Shown here: positions 24,523-36,705 of the stretch, piece by piece
Position numbering within the stretch: the stretch's first letter is position 1
How the letters are laid out: every line of letters begins with the position of its first letter
From: Camelus dromedarius
Taxonomy: Eukaryota
NCBI RefSeq assembly: GCF_036321535.1
Contig: NC_087437.1
Location: forward strand, 110,424,001 to 110,488,000
Length of the DNA stretch: 64,000 bases
Reading direction: 5' to 3'
Notes under the pieces: model-generated
What the model saw: only the letters and a program-made list of their open reading frames with translations
What the model was told of the DNA's origin: nothing
The model's database searches: none
Made by a program: the position numbers and the translations under genes

Positions 24523-26168
24523 ATAGATCTGGGAGTGCTATGCATAAAAGGAAGACACTTAGCTCACTTACAAGCTAATTGCAATGCTCTAGTATAAGGC
24601 AATGAGTTCCCATAGAAGGTAAGGCTAGAGAAAATGCTAAGAGAAAGACAGAATTGTTATGGTAGAAGGAATTAAATGTGTGAAGTTAGGGGGAAGAGAA
24701 GTAAAAAAAATGATGACAGAATTTCAATCCCAGGTGACTTGGAAGATGGTAGCAGCATTAATCAAGAGGTAAAAATCAGTATGATTAGAAGCTTTGGCAA
24801 AAGAGTATTTCGTCTTAGTAAAACAGTCTTCTCTGCCATTATGCAACTGATGTGTTCCTAAGAAGAGTTGCATTAAAATGCTTAAATGGAGGGAAAAGGT
24901 AGTGCAGGGGGTTTGACTTTCAGGCCCAAAATGATAGAGTCACTTTTTAATGTAGGAATTCCAATAATAAATTCCGAAATAAATTTATCTAGAAATAAAT
25001 TATAGTTGTAAGCATATGGCTATGAAACTTACACATATCTAAACAAATCTTGCCCTTGACCACACCCAACTCTGCTCCAGAGTAATCACCTGTCTTTTTT
25101 ATAGGTACTAGCCTATCATTAGCACAATTTTTACACTAGATTGTCACTTCTATCATCCATTTTTATAGTAAAGCATAGAATGACTTACACAAAGCAAATA
25201 TGTTTGCTTATAACAGGTTCTTGCCTGTGCTAATGGGAGCTGGTCCTTAATCTTAATTGTTTTATAATCTCAAATGTGGAGTACAAATCTTATCCCTGAT
25301 TAATGTATTATACTATGGCTCATTTGAATTCTGAAAATTTCTTTGAATTTTATTATAAGACATCTTTCTGGAAATGCCCAGTAAGCAGTGAAATAGAGGA
25401 AAAGGAAGTATATGAAAGAAGTTGGATCTAGAGATCTTAGTCAAAAAAGACCTCAGATTCACAAAAGCTAACACAAAGTCCTACAGATATTGGGCCATTT
25501 ATAAATTCTGAAGCATGAACTGTAGCTTACTAAAAATATAAAGAGACGAAGCAGATATTTACCAAGGCTAAGTTCAAAGTGCAGAGCCCACCTTCTCTGA
25601 AGGCAGAATGCAGTTTTAGAGGGCACTGGTCTGGGTCTGTAACCCAATGTGTCCATCATTCATTTCCACCATTCAGTCATTAACAGTACATTCTATTGAG
25701 TCTCACAAGCTTTCTATCTGCCAGATTTAAAGACAATATCCCAGAGGTTGGTTATATTTTCAGCTTTTATCATAGTTGTATTATAAATAAGCATCATATA
25801 AGAAAAATCTACCTTTTTCAGAGAACTTAGGGGACATAACACCTTGGTAAGCACTTAATGAGCATTTGTAAGAAAAAGGCAAATCACGTGGAATCCCTAA
25901 TAGAAGATATAGAAGAAAATATACAAGGTCTAGAAGATATTTTGTGCTACATAACTAAGTTAGAGCTCCATGACAGCAGGAGTAAACCACATAGCCAGCA
26001 CCTGGCATACAAACTAGAACATTACCAGTCCTCTAGTGTTTGTGGGTGGAAGGGAGGGAGGAAGGAAGAATGGAAGGAAGGATGGGAAGGAGGGAGAAAT
26101 TTGGTTTTGAGCTGAATATGATAATGTCCCAGAGACAATGGCCTTCTTTGTGTCTAAAATTTACTTTA

Positions 26169-26766
26169 TTGTGAATAGTGTTGCTATAGCCAAGACATGG
26201 AAACAACCTAAATGATGACTGGATAAAGAAGTTGTGGTATATTTCTACAATGGAATACTACTCAGCCATAAAAAAGAATAAGATAATGTCATTTGCAGTA
26301 GCATGAATGGAACTGGAGATTGTCATTCTAAGTGAACTAAGCCAGAAAAAGAAAGAAAAAACACCATATGACATCACTTATATGTGGTGCCTTAAAAAAA
26401 CACAAATGAACTTATTTACAAAATAGAAACAGACTCACAGACATAGAAAACAAACTTATGGTTATGGGGTGGGGAAAGGGGGTGGGCAGGGATAAATTGG
26501 GAGTTTGAGATTTCCTCCAGATACTAACTACTATATGTAAAATAGATAAAAAACAAGTTTATACTGTATAACAGAAGGAACTATATTCAATACCTTGTAG
26601 TAACTTATAATGAAAAAGAATATGAAAACAAATATATGTATGTATGTGCATGACTGAAACATGCTCTGCACCAGAAACTGGCACAATGCTGTAAACTGAT
26701 GATACTTCAATAAAAAGATGAAAAAATATTTTAATATAAAAAATATAAGGATGGGAAAAATAAAAC
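26169..26766 (+). mobile_element. L1 3' end with a ~20-bp 5' inversion
   Basis: 13-bp TSD AAAATTTACTTTA at 26156-26168 and 26767-26779; L1 3' sequence GCCAAGACATGGAAACAACC..ACTTCAATAAAAA. Confidence 0.9.
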
Positions 26767-29168
26767 AAAATTTACTTTAAAGTTGTTTTCATCACTAGAA
26801 TATAAATGTCACTCTTGTACCCAGATTTTCAGTAAAGTCTGTTAAATACACAAATGCCTGTGTAAGTGGACTTTGTGGAAATCAAGAGAAAGAAATAGTG
26901 CTACTATGTCTGAATCATTATAGTCTGAACAGAAACAGAGTAGAGAATAGGAAGAAGACCTGTAAAAGGAACTAATTCTTCTAAAGTAAAAATTCCAAAC
27001 CAAGAAAGATTTGGAAAGTCACCATCCTCCAACCTCTCCCCTCTCAGATTCCTCAGTGGTCCTGAGAGTAGCCAGGACCTCCACCAGAGAGGGAAGGGAA
27101 CTGGAGAAAGCCAATTCTGCTTTGTTATCAAATGACAGGGTGCCTCAGCTGGTACCTGGGATGCACACATGTTATCTGGGTTTATTCCTGAAAACAAGGT
27201 ATAAGATGCTATTATTATCTTTGTTTTACAGATGAGCTAAGGTTTAGGGAGCTTAACAGAGCTGTAGCCAAGGGGCAGAAACCAGGATTTGAACCAAACT
27301 CCCTTAAACTGCTTCCCCACAATAGCTTACATACAAGATGATTTCTAGGTCCTAGACCAAGAAGAGAAATAAATCATCATTCTCCTATCTTTTAAAAGAC
27401 TGTCTTCAAAGACAAACTTTGAAACTTTACAATGTATTATGAAATAAAGCAAAGAATGGAGAAAAGTTTCAAAGCTCAAGTACAAACAGAATCGCTCTAA
27501 TAACAAAAGAGATGTTTCCCCAAACAGCCATAAGAGCACGGAAGTAGCTCGGCAGGAGAGCTACAGCATCCTTGGGTGTTCCCACCATCACAGTAAATAG
27601 CCCCAGCAAAGGCTTTGCTCATATCAGCCCATAAAAACCTGCGTTATTACATATTACCATTGCTTCGATCTCATACATCAGAGAAGATTAGCCATCTAAA
27701 TAGAAAGAAAGAGAAGGTATCTCTGTTCTTATCATTTTTTACTGAAACCTAGAAAGCTAAAGAATACAAAAAAATTAGTGATTTGTCAGCCTCTGAGAAA
27801 CTTTCTATTTTCTAAATCGTATGTGAAGTAACTGAAATAAACAGTTATAAGAGTCATGTAAACACCAGGTTTGAAGGGGCCATCTAGGGGTCCTCTCGTG
27901 ATTTATGTTGTAGAATAAACCAGGGCATTTTTGAAAGCCAGCATATTATTTTTAAAAAGAAGAGCTATGAAACGGATGTATAATAGAAGCCATGAGTTGC
28001 CTTAATGAGACATTACTGTGAGTCATACATGCTAACATTTCTTTGATTAGAGGGATCATTTATTCCAAGAGTTGAGTCAAGAATAGGGAGAAATGAAAGT
28101 TTCCTGTCCAGAAATTATCCATACATTTTGCCTCTCTGAAAAACCATTAGTGAAATAAGAAAACCATTCTGTGCTGACAAAAATCCATGATCGGATTCTT
28201 CACAAGGCACTAAGCACCTCTGTTATGAGAAAAAGCTCCCATTGCTCCTGGCAAGCACACTACCTGTGTCTCCGCTTTCTGTGAAAAAACAAACAAAAAA
28301 AACTTCCTTTTCTGTTTCCCCTTGAGCAACTATGAAAAGGAAACACAGAGGTTTGTTTCTGGTCATAACTGAATGAGGGAAAAAGGACACCAATTGGCAG
28401 TCAGTTCTCATTTTCTAAAAAAAAAAAAAAAAAAAACAGGCAAAAGGTGTTAGCATTTCGACCACCAGTCCAGATGGCTTGTTTTACCTGTGTTACAGGG
28501 GAAAGCAAGCATGAAATAAGGCCCTAGGTATTAAAATTAACCAACATGTGTTTGAAATTTGTTTTTAAGTCTCTTCTGCCCAGATTGACTAAAACACGGA
28601 ACTTTGGTTTACTCTGAACATATCTGGGGGTCTACCAATTGGCAGGAGCAAGTGAGGGAAATATAAAGCTACAGCCACCCCTTCGGATGCCACGAATCTC
28701 AGGGCCTGGAAACCACTTCCCCATCCTTCCTCCTTCTCCCTGCATCTCATCTGATCACGGAGGGAACCTCTGCAAAGTTTTCCACTGTGGTCCTCTGATG
28801 AAGTAAGACTCTGAACCTCTCTAACTGAATCCACTGCCTCGTACACTGTACAATTCCCCAAACAACTTGGTTTCTCAGATAACTTTTTTTTTGTCTTACA
28901 TGGTCATTATTCTGTAAGCCCATAAAAAAATGGGGGAAAAGTAGAGGACTAGCCACTCCACTTGACTACAGGTTTAAAGACTCTCTAACCAGATAAAATA
29001 TAAGATGATCCCTTGCTTGTAATAAAACACCATGACTGAACCCATACTCCATGCTCAGAAAATAAAATATCAGACCCTGATCAGCAAAGGATGATTTATA
29101 GATAGCAAAAATTCTTACAAATAAAGAACTCTATTGAGACACACATTTGCAATGCCAAGCAATGAAGG

Positions 29169-29174
29169 TTTATT
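29169..29174 (-). terminator. KRTAP11-1 polyadenylation signal AATAAA
   Basis: ~370 bp downstream of the stop codon, followed on the minus strand by GU-rich TGTGTGTCT. Confidence 0.75.
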
Positions 29175-29540
29175 GAGAAACACAGAGTGAGACAAGTTCC
29201 CTTTTTCAGAGGCACAAAAACAGAAGCCAGAAGCCAGACAAAGCAGAAAGGTCAAGACGTGCCAAAACCATTAGAGACTTGCGCGTGGGTGGTAAATTTC
29301 TGGAAACATCCAGAGGTATACGTGCCACCGGTGATCAAACCCTTAAAATAAGATTGGTGCTGGCCAGGAAACTCTTAGATGGCCAAAGGCAGCTTATTCA
29401 GGGCTGGCAGCCAGCAATCAGGCAGTTAGAATAGCAGTCAGCAATGAAGAATTCTTCAGGGACAGACAGCATGTTGGAAGATCCTGGAAACACAGCTGAC
29501 AGGTCATAGAGGCTTGATTCGCTCACTGGCTCCTGCACAC

Positions 29541-30032
29541 TTAGCAAGTTCTTCGGCAGCTGGACACGCAAGATTGCTGGTACGTCCTGGAGACCCCGCA
29601 GGCTGGCTGGCAGATGGTGGAGACTCCTCCCACTGGCCGGCAGACAGTGGAGACGCTTCTCACTGGTTGGCACACAGTAGAGATGCCGCCCAGGGGCCGA
29701 CAGCCACTGGAGACAAAGGAGAGCGGCCGGCTGTAGGCAGTTGAGCAGGGATTAGAGACACAGTTGGTTTGTCGAGAGCAGGTCACCTGGACAGGGCTGG
29801 AAACACAAGAAGTTTGCTGGTAACACGTTGGCTGGCAAACAGTGGGCTCACAGCAGATCTCCTGACAGTGGTCCAGGAGCCAGGAGCCAGTTTGGAAGGA
29901 GCTGGGCAAATGGATGCCACTCAGGCAGTCAGCATCCTGGGTAGAAGCTGTGACAACAGGGGTCACGGGGACAGTGTATTGTCCCCCAATCAGCCTGGAA
30001 GAGCAATTCCTTGTGGAGCAGTTGTAGGACAT
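29541..30032 (-). CDS. KRTAP11-1: Keratin-associated protein 11-1 (high-sulfur KAP, PMG-type), single exon, 163 aa
   Basis: MSYNCSTRNCSSR..LPSSFQTGSWLLDHCQE..CQPACGVSRTYQQSCVSSCRRTC; 20 Cys; four C-terminal decapeptide repeats; intact ATG and stop; TATA and polyA signal present. Confidence 0.97.
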   Translation of the reverse strand: MSYNCSTRNCSSRLIGGQYTVPVTPVVTASTQDADCLSGIHLPSSFQTGSWLLDHCQEICCEPTVCQPTCYQQTSCVSSPVQVTCSRQTNCVSNPCSTAYSRPLSFVSSGCRPLGGISTVCQPVRSVSTVCRPVGGVSTICQPACGVSRTYQQSCVSSCRRTC

Positions 30033-30109
30033 GTTGCCAGACAGACAGATGTGGGTAACTCGCTGAAGCTAGCTCCTGGATTGCGAATGCCACCTCAGGC
30101 TCCTGAGTC

Positions 30110-30117
30110 TTTATATA
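30110..30117 (-). promoter_or_regulatory. KRTAP11-1 TATA box (TATATAAA)
   Basis: ~80 bp upstream of the ATG, typical KRTAP spacing; CACCC-type boxes at 30127-30138. Confidence 0.85.
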
Positions 30118-30234
30118 CCCTTGCTGGTGGGTGGGGCTCCCACCCTGGTCCTCCTGGCTTCTTTGGCTCAGACCAGCTTGCCTTAGAACATCTTGTGACT
30201 CTCCAGGTTAATTGCCTCTTGAGAAGACTTCAAC

Positions 30235-30242
30235 CTCATAAA
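30235..30242 (-). promoter_or_regulatory. HOXC13-type motif TTTATGAG
   Basis: Matches the posterior-HOX TT(T/A)ATNRR consensus in the proximal promoter; motif match only. Confidence 0.5.
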
Positions 30243-30322
30243 GGAAGTTTAGTAGTTTGGTAACTAAATCATAAGGCTTCCATACTGTACTTAGTCCCAG
30301 GATGAAGAAGGTTGGTTGACAG

Positions 30323-30330
30323 CTTCAAAG
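30323..30330 (-). promoter_or_regulatory. LEF1/HK1 motif CTTTGAAG
   Basis: ~240 bp upstream of the inferred TSS, the usual position in hair keratin/KAP promoters; adjacent CCAAT at 30333-30337. Confidence 0.65.
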
Positions 30331-32064
30331 CTATTGGTCATCAGAGCCCACAATTCATCTCTCATTCATCTTGCTTGGATACAATGAGTGTCAATCTGAC
30401 AGTAACGTCAAACATGCCCCCTTCCTACCATCTCTCCCTTCTGACCAGGACTAATTACACACCCACACCCTGTGTGGGTTTTGTCGGTACTTAGTATGTT
30501 TTAGGTGTAACTTAATCAATCACTCTTCCATATCTAACGGGGCTTCTAATGGACAAGGAACTTCCTTCAACATGCTTCAAGATGACAATGACAACACCTG
30601 TCAGGGAAAAGGGCACAAAGACATATCCAGAGTACAGTCTGGCTTAGAAAAATCAATCAGGTGATCGGAGCAAGATTCTCCCAGGAATGTCAAAGGGCAG
30701 TGGGACTCACCCTTTATGTTCAAGCAGCAAAGTGAATTGGAAGCTGATTAGGTGGGACGGCACTTGTAGCCAAGTCTCTTTCTAAATAAACTGAATGAGC
30801 TTTATTCTTAAAATTTTTAATCTGGGAACAGTGGATAAGAATGACTCATCAATATGCCAGTGGAACAGGCTTGGTTAATTTTTAAAATTATTATAATGCT
30901 AATTTGAAAGGGTACAGTGCCTTTCTCCCAAGATGCTCAGTATATTCAAAAGACTTCTATTTTCACACAAATACTTATAGAGAGGATGCACTTTTATCAT
31001 AGACAAACCAAGGCCCGTCTACGTCACTGTCTCCATCAAGGATAAGGGGAGGAGAGGGTGGGAGGAAACAGGCCCTTAACCAATATTTCACAATGAATGG
31101 ATGTGTAAACAGGGTGCTGTAAAATTTAATTATTCTTTTTATTCTCGGGGAAACCATAGAAGGATATCATTCTCCTTTTCTTCATCTCACTACGATATAG
31201 TCAATTCTGAACACCAGAATGGCGAATCCTTTCGATCCTCCCGTACACAACCATTTCAGTTGCAGCAAAATAATTCACTTCAACAAAGCTTGAGTGGTCG
31301 GTGATATTTCTACATCAAAACAGCTATAAGATCTGACTCATCTCATAAACTAGCTTACGCGGGGGTTAAAAATAAATAGACAAAAATGGATTTCCGTATA
31401 TTTGAGGGCTACAGTAGACTACATTTTAAACATCCACAAAGCAAACAGCTTGATGTTGGAACTCAGCAGAGGTCCTTTTGTAAAATGCTTCATTCATCTC
31501 TATTCATTCCATTGAAGCCATGTTGGGAGCTCCCCACGGCTCTAATTGGAGGCTAATAACATGCCCCACAAGATGACGCTGTGCTGTGGGCAGTATTGAG
31601 ATTCCCAGGGATCAGACCGCCTCTCCCTCGGTGACTCGCAGCGTGTTCTCAGGTATGGAGAAAAATTAACGAGATGACTACTTTCCGCAATGTTGTGACT
31701 CTGCACTTCCCACCGTGGGGAATGTCCCAGCTGGTGTTTGAAGGGCAGAGTCCCTGGTCCCCAGGGCTGGCTTGCTTGTTTGAAAATGAATGAGCAGTTT
31801 ACAGGCTTCCAGGAGCCATGGATTCATAGGCTGCTGTGAAGAAGGACCTCAGCATGTGAATGACAAGCGACCAAAGTGAAAGGGCGAAGTCAGTAGCAGT
31901 GACCCGGGAGGAGTTTTCAGTGCCCACTGCCGTATTTCTGGAATAGCAGAGATTTTTATAGATCATTATTCTGCCTTGATTCCTCTTTTCCACTGAAATT
32001 TAAAAGTTACAAACAAAAAATTCTAGAAAATGTCTTTCATCTGCTTCGAAAGGAAAGAAAGTGA

Positions 32065-32250
32065 ACATTCGTTGAGCCTCTTCCAGGCTTTGAGTTAGAG
32101 GCTTTACATACACCATCACAACTGAATGCTTCCAGCAACCCTCTGGACTAGGTATCATGTCACATGAAGAAACTGAAGTTCAGCGAGTCTGAATGGCTAG
32201 CCAAGGTCATGCAGCTTATATTTGAGTAAACTGAGATGCAAATAAAACTG
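32065..32250 (-). mobile_element. MIR SINE
   Basis: AACATTCGTTGAGC..CTTTACATAC..CAGCAACCCT..ATGAAGAAACTGAAGTTCAG..CCAAGGTCATGCAGCT. Confidence 0.75.
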
Positions 32251-34574
32251 TCATGAGCTGTCGACCTGCGCTGGGAATATTTAAACATGGTGAGATGCCC
32301 TCATTAAAGTTCAAGCAAAAATTTATTTTAAAAAAAAAATCAATCAATCAATGTTCCATTGATGACACTGCAAAGGCAGCAGTCTTTATTTCTATTCCAG
32401 CTCCATCAAGTAACAACAATAAAAATAAATGAAAGTTTAAAATAGGAAGTTACAAGGGCCGCTGCCTTTACACTTCATGTGCTTTTTCATCCCATATTCC
32501 TTTGACAATTTTTACTTCACTAGAATAAAATGCAAGGTCCCTACAACAAAGCAGGAAGAGACAGAGAGCCTTCAACAGCTTGGAGCTACAATTTGAAATT
32601 AAAATTACTTACAATGGCGACGCACACAGTTAATTCTTAGCAAACAACAGAGAAGTGGATTGATTTTTCAGATCTGGGTGGCAAGACCTTTCTGAGAAAA
32701 AACAGGATTCACAAACTTTGAACTCACTTTAAGATGAGATTTTGTAGTTTTCTTCCAGCCACGAACTAAGCAAAATCAATAGATTCTCTGAGCAATTAAA
32801 TCTAAGGAATCTACTCAACAGAGTGCTTTCTGTTTAGCACCTGCAAAATGGCTGGCTTTCTGGGAAACAGAAAAGACTGGTGTCTTAAACTATCCAATGT
32901 AGAGTTAGGAAAGCTGCTTAATACTCTTGGACATTCCATACTTAAGAGCAAACACCTAGACTCTTCATTTGGATCGACTGTAAGATGCAAAAGTAAATAA
33001 TCACTCACTGACAGCCATGTGAAGCTTGAAGAAACTCTACACAATCCTAAGTCTCTTATGTGGTTAAATGAAATCAATAAATCATCCTTTCATTGGAATG
33101 TGAGGAAAAATTACACTGCCAGCGGCTATCAGGACGTAGATATCTGCGATAGGAGACTTCAACTCAGCGAAAAGGTGTGTGAAGATTATTCTCGTGTCTG
33201 CAGGGCGTGAAGTGAGAGGTGGGAGTGATGAGGACAGACAAGGAGAGATTAGAGAAGTACTGAGCATTATCTCCATCCTTTGATGGGTAATTGGCCCTAG
33301 TTTCTATAGAACAATCTGAGCCTTATGCAATAATTACCGCAGACTGGAAATGAGCAGTTCATTCACTCGAAACTGAATCACAGAAATCACTTACAAGGCC
33401 AAGTGTTTGAGAGTAAAAGGAATTAAGCGTGCGTGGGAGGCCGAAGGTTTGAGATGCGGGAAGGATACTTTTTATCACCAAGTTGGTAATAATTGTTGAC
33501 CAACGCCGGTTCAAAAAAAAAATCACTTCGTCTCATCCAATGCAGGAAGAGCGAACTCCCTGAAAAATTAATAAACATCAAATGAGATTTTTGTCATTCT
33601 GCCCTTTTTCAGGATGCTCAGACTCTCAAATGGAAGCTATTCATTATCTCTCAAAAAATAGAAAAAGGGAATTCAAACACATAAGTACAGAACATAACGG
33701 CTGCTTTAAAAATTAAATGTATCTTGGCTGAATTGTTCTGCCGTCTTTTTCCCCACACAGACCTCTGGGCTGAATCTCCAGAATCCTTATTAACCAAGAC
33801 ACGATAAACCCCCAATGGCGGAGTGATTTGCCCCACAAAACCGAACTGAAATTCATTTTCCAAGCTCTTTTCCAAAAGCATCCATCATAAGGAGGTTCGA
33901 CTCTTTGGGGCTAGAGGGCACTACAGGGCAGAAAGCAGAAGGGAAAAGAAGCAACAAAGACCAGCAAAATGGTTGCTACTTTCAGGACTTGATACAGCGA
34001 TCACCAGCTCCAGGACCTGTAGGAAAAGAAACCCCCCGAGGAGAATGTCAAGATGGAAAAATCCTCATCTGAACCACCATTCTCTTTTTCCTGGTGCCTG
34101 TTTTCAAATTCACATATTTTTTCATGGGAACCTTAATTGAGGATCCAAATTAGCGTGCTGTCAATAAAGGTGAGCAGAATCCCAAGTTTTGGAAACACCA
34201 CAAACTCTCCCGCAGGACATCCCAGGTGTGGCTGGCATGTGCTCCGGTCTTTCAAGTAATTAGACTTGAACCCACTTGTGAGCAGACATGAGTAACGTTT
34301 ATGTACGGGGCCTGAGAGAGAAGGCCCCAAGTCACTCAAGATGTATGACCCTTCCTTGATTCAGAATTATTCAGGGCTTACTTGGTACCCAGCAGGGTAA
34401 GGATGCTGGGAGCTGTGTAGGAGACGGGAAGTCTTGTCTTCGCATCACCTAGCTGATCTGTGCTTGTGCCCTTTCAGAACACAAGCCTTCTTGGTCTGGC
34501 CCGCCTCTCTGGGGGGTTTGGAGTGGAGCATTAGACCGGCACTATCTCAGGTTAGTGATTAGACTGTCAGAACT

Positions 34575-34700
34575 GGATCTTAAAGTCCTTAAACCGAATT
34601 CTCTCATCTGACTGATGAGAAACTGAATCTCAGAGAGGGAGCGTCTTTGCCAAGTGTATCAGACATGCTTGTGCACTAGTTCACAATTGCCTCATCCTGT
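34575..34700 (-). mobile_element. MIR-family fragment
   Basis: GATGAGAAACTGAATCTCAGAGAGGG..CTTTGCCAAG. Confidence 0.55.
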
Positions 34701-35326
34701 CTCTTACTGCCTCCTCTTTGCACAGGCTTACGCCAGCTTCATGGTGGGGCATCCAGACACTGCTTCCTTCATTTGGGGGCCAGTCACCTTCCTTCTTACT
34801 TCCTGTTCTAGGTTTTCTCTGACGCCACAGCAAGGGACATCCACAATAACTGACTCTGCTTTCCTATATTCACTGCCCAGAAATGGGGCCTCGCTTGAGC
34901 AATGGGAAGTGCAAAGCCATGAATGAGTGCTTCCCGCTTTGGTAGAAACAATTTCACAAAGTCCTGTGGAACCGTGCACGAGGTGCTTGTGATGGAGGCT
35001 GACTCAGTTAAGCCTCTGGGGTGGCCTTCCCCTCTTCCCCTCTCCTTCATGTCACTTCTCCTTTGTTGCCTTCCCTGAAATAAAATTCCCAAACTGTCAG
35101 GAGTTCTGCTTTTAGTGAACTCCGAGTAAGACACCAGATTCCAAACACTTTCCATTTGAAAGAGTTAAGGAAAGTAGTCCTTCGAACCCCTTGTTCAAAT
35201 CCTCCAAGGTACGTACATGCCTCTATCCATACAAGCCAAAGAAATGTCTTGTACACAAACTGAGCATCAAACAAGGAATATTTGCATTTTTAAAGCAATT
35301 TCTGAAATGACCAAATAAGACAGTCC

Positions 35327-36026
35327 TTAAACACAGCTAGAATGCAAGCAGATTTTTAAATTTCTTCCAAATAATGTCAATCATGCTGGTTTGGTTCCTC
35401 TACCTAGGCTAGTCCTAAGAGTTGATACCCCAAACACTAAAAGACTGAAAGATCTCACTGTCAATTTGATGTCACAGTTGTTTTCCAACATGAAGGATAT
35501 TTTTTTCAACATGAGATGTACGCTAACTACGCGATGGGAGATAATTTTAGGCAGTAAGTGGTCAAAAACTTTTTAGTTTTAGTAGTCATGTATCTATTTT
35601 TAAATGTATTAATAAAATATGTCTAGGTTATACAAGCCATAATTTATGGGCATTGTTACATAGGATGAAGCTTAAGCAAGTTTTTTTTTGGTTTAAAAAG
35701 GGAATTAATATAAATAAAAGTATTAGTTGAATAATGAATTTAACACGAAATTATGGCAAAAAGTATCAGGATAAAAATCATGGCAATGGTTTAATAAATA
35801 TTTAAGTGGTTTATGGTTTAATAAGTTGGTTTAATAGATACCTAAATAATACATTTTTTGAAGTATAGTCAGTTACAATGTGTCAACTTCTGGTGTCCCA
35901 TCTTTCAACCTTTTAGTGTTTGGGGCATCAACTCTTAGGACTAGCCTAGGTAAAGGAAACAAATCAGCGTGACTAACATTACTTGGAAAAAATTTAAAAA
36001 TCTGCTTACATTCTAGCTGTGTTTAA
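35327..36026. repeat. 127-bp inverted duplication (arms 35327-35453 and 35900-36026; 446-bp spacer)
   Basis: Hand alignment: 115/127 identical, no indels. Confidence 0.95.
35474..35790 (+). mobile_element. MER112-like hAT-Charlie relic
   Basis: GAGATAATTTTAGGCAGTA..GTCATGTATCTATTTT..TAGGATGAAGCTTAAG..TATGGCAAAA. Confidence 0.5.
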
Positions 36027-36081
36027 TGTCCCAGCCATTTTTATATATACATATATTCATTTGCGTATTCTTCTTCATAAG
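35853..36081 (-). mobile_element. Short L1 3' fragment interrupted by the right arm of the inverted duplication
   Basis: TTTTTTGAAGTATAGTCAGTTACAATGTGTCAACTTCTGGTGT | insert | TGTCCCAGCCAT..ATACATATATTC..TATTCTT. Confidence 0.8.
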
Positions 36082-36214
36082 TAATAAATATTTAAAGTGG
36101 TTTAGTAAATATTTTTTAAAGTTTAACTCATTTTAATTCAGAGAAAGTCACCATTTAACAACACCCCACTCACACATACGTATATAATCCAAAAGCCCCA
36201 TTCCATCTTCTCCC

Positions 36215-36705
36215 CATCAATTACTTGTTACTTTGTAATAAATTACCCTAAAATTTAGCAGACAAAACAACCATTTATTATGCCCATGGGTTCTGTGGTT
36301 CAGGAATCTGGACAAAGAACATCACGACTGGTTTCTCTCTGCTGCAGGCTGCACGGAGGGGCGGGGGAACCTGGGGGCTGTGGTGCCTGAAGTATCATTT
36401 GTCCATGTGTCTGTCAGTGGAGACCTGCTATCAGTCGGGATACCTATGCCTGGCCCCCTCACGTGCACAGGGCTTCTCCAACATAGGGGCTGGTTCCAAG
36501 AGTGAGATCCCCAAAAGCGAGAATTAGGCAGAAGCCTTATTGCTTTTCCTGACCTAGGCTCCAGAATCACTCATCATCACTGTGGCCATACTCTGTTTTA
36601 AGGTATCACAAAGGCCCACGTCTGAAGGAAGGTGAAGTAAAGTATATTTTACTTCTTGGTGAAGCAGTGGCAAAATTCTAGGTGAGAATGTAGGACTGAA
36701 AATAT
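36215..36705 (-). mobile_element. MLT1 (G/H-like) MaLR solo LTR
   Basis: AAATTACCCTAAAATTTAG..TTCTGTGGTTCAGGAATCTGGAC..GGCTGGTTCCAAGAGTGAG. Confidence 0.75.

Noticed and set aside
29584..29703. Regularly spaced 30-bp repeats (array-like)
   Set aside because: Coding decapeptide repeats of KRTAP11-1; no spacers, and the context is eukaryotic, so not CRISPR.
29769..30263. 164-aa plus-strand ORF and other ORFs overlapping KRTAP11-1
   Set aside because: Antisense or alternate-frame shadows of a GC-rich coding region; non-ATG start and no recognisable product.
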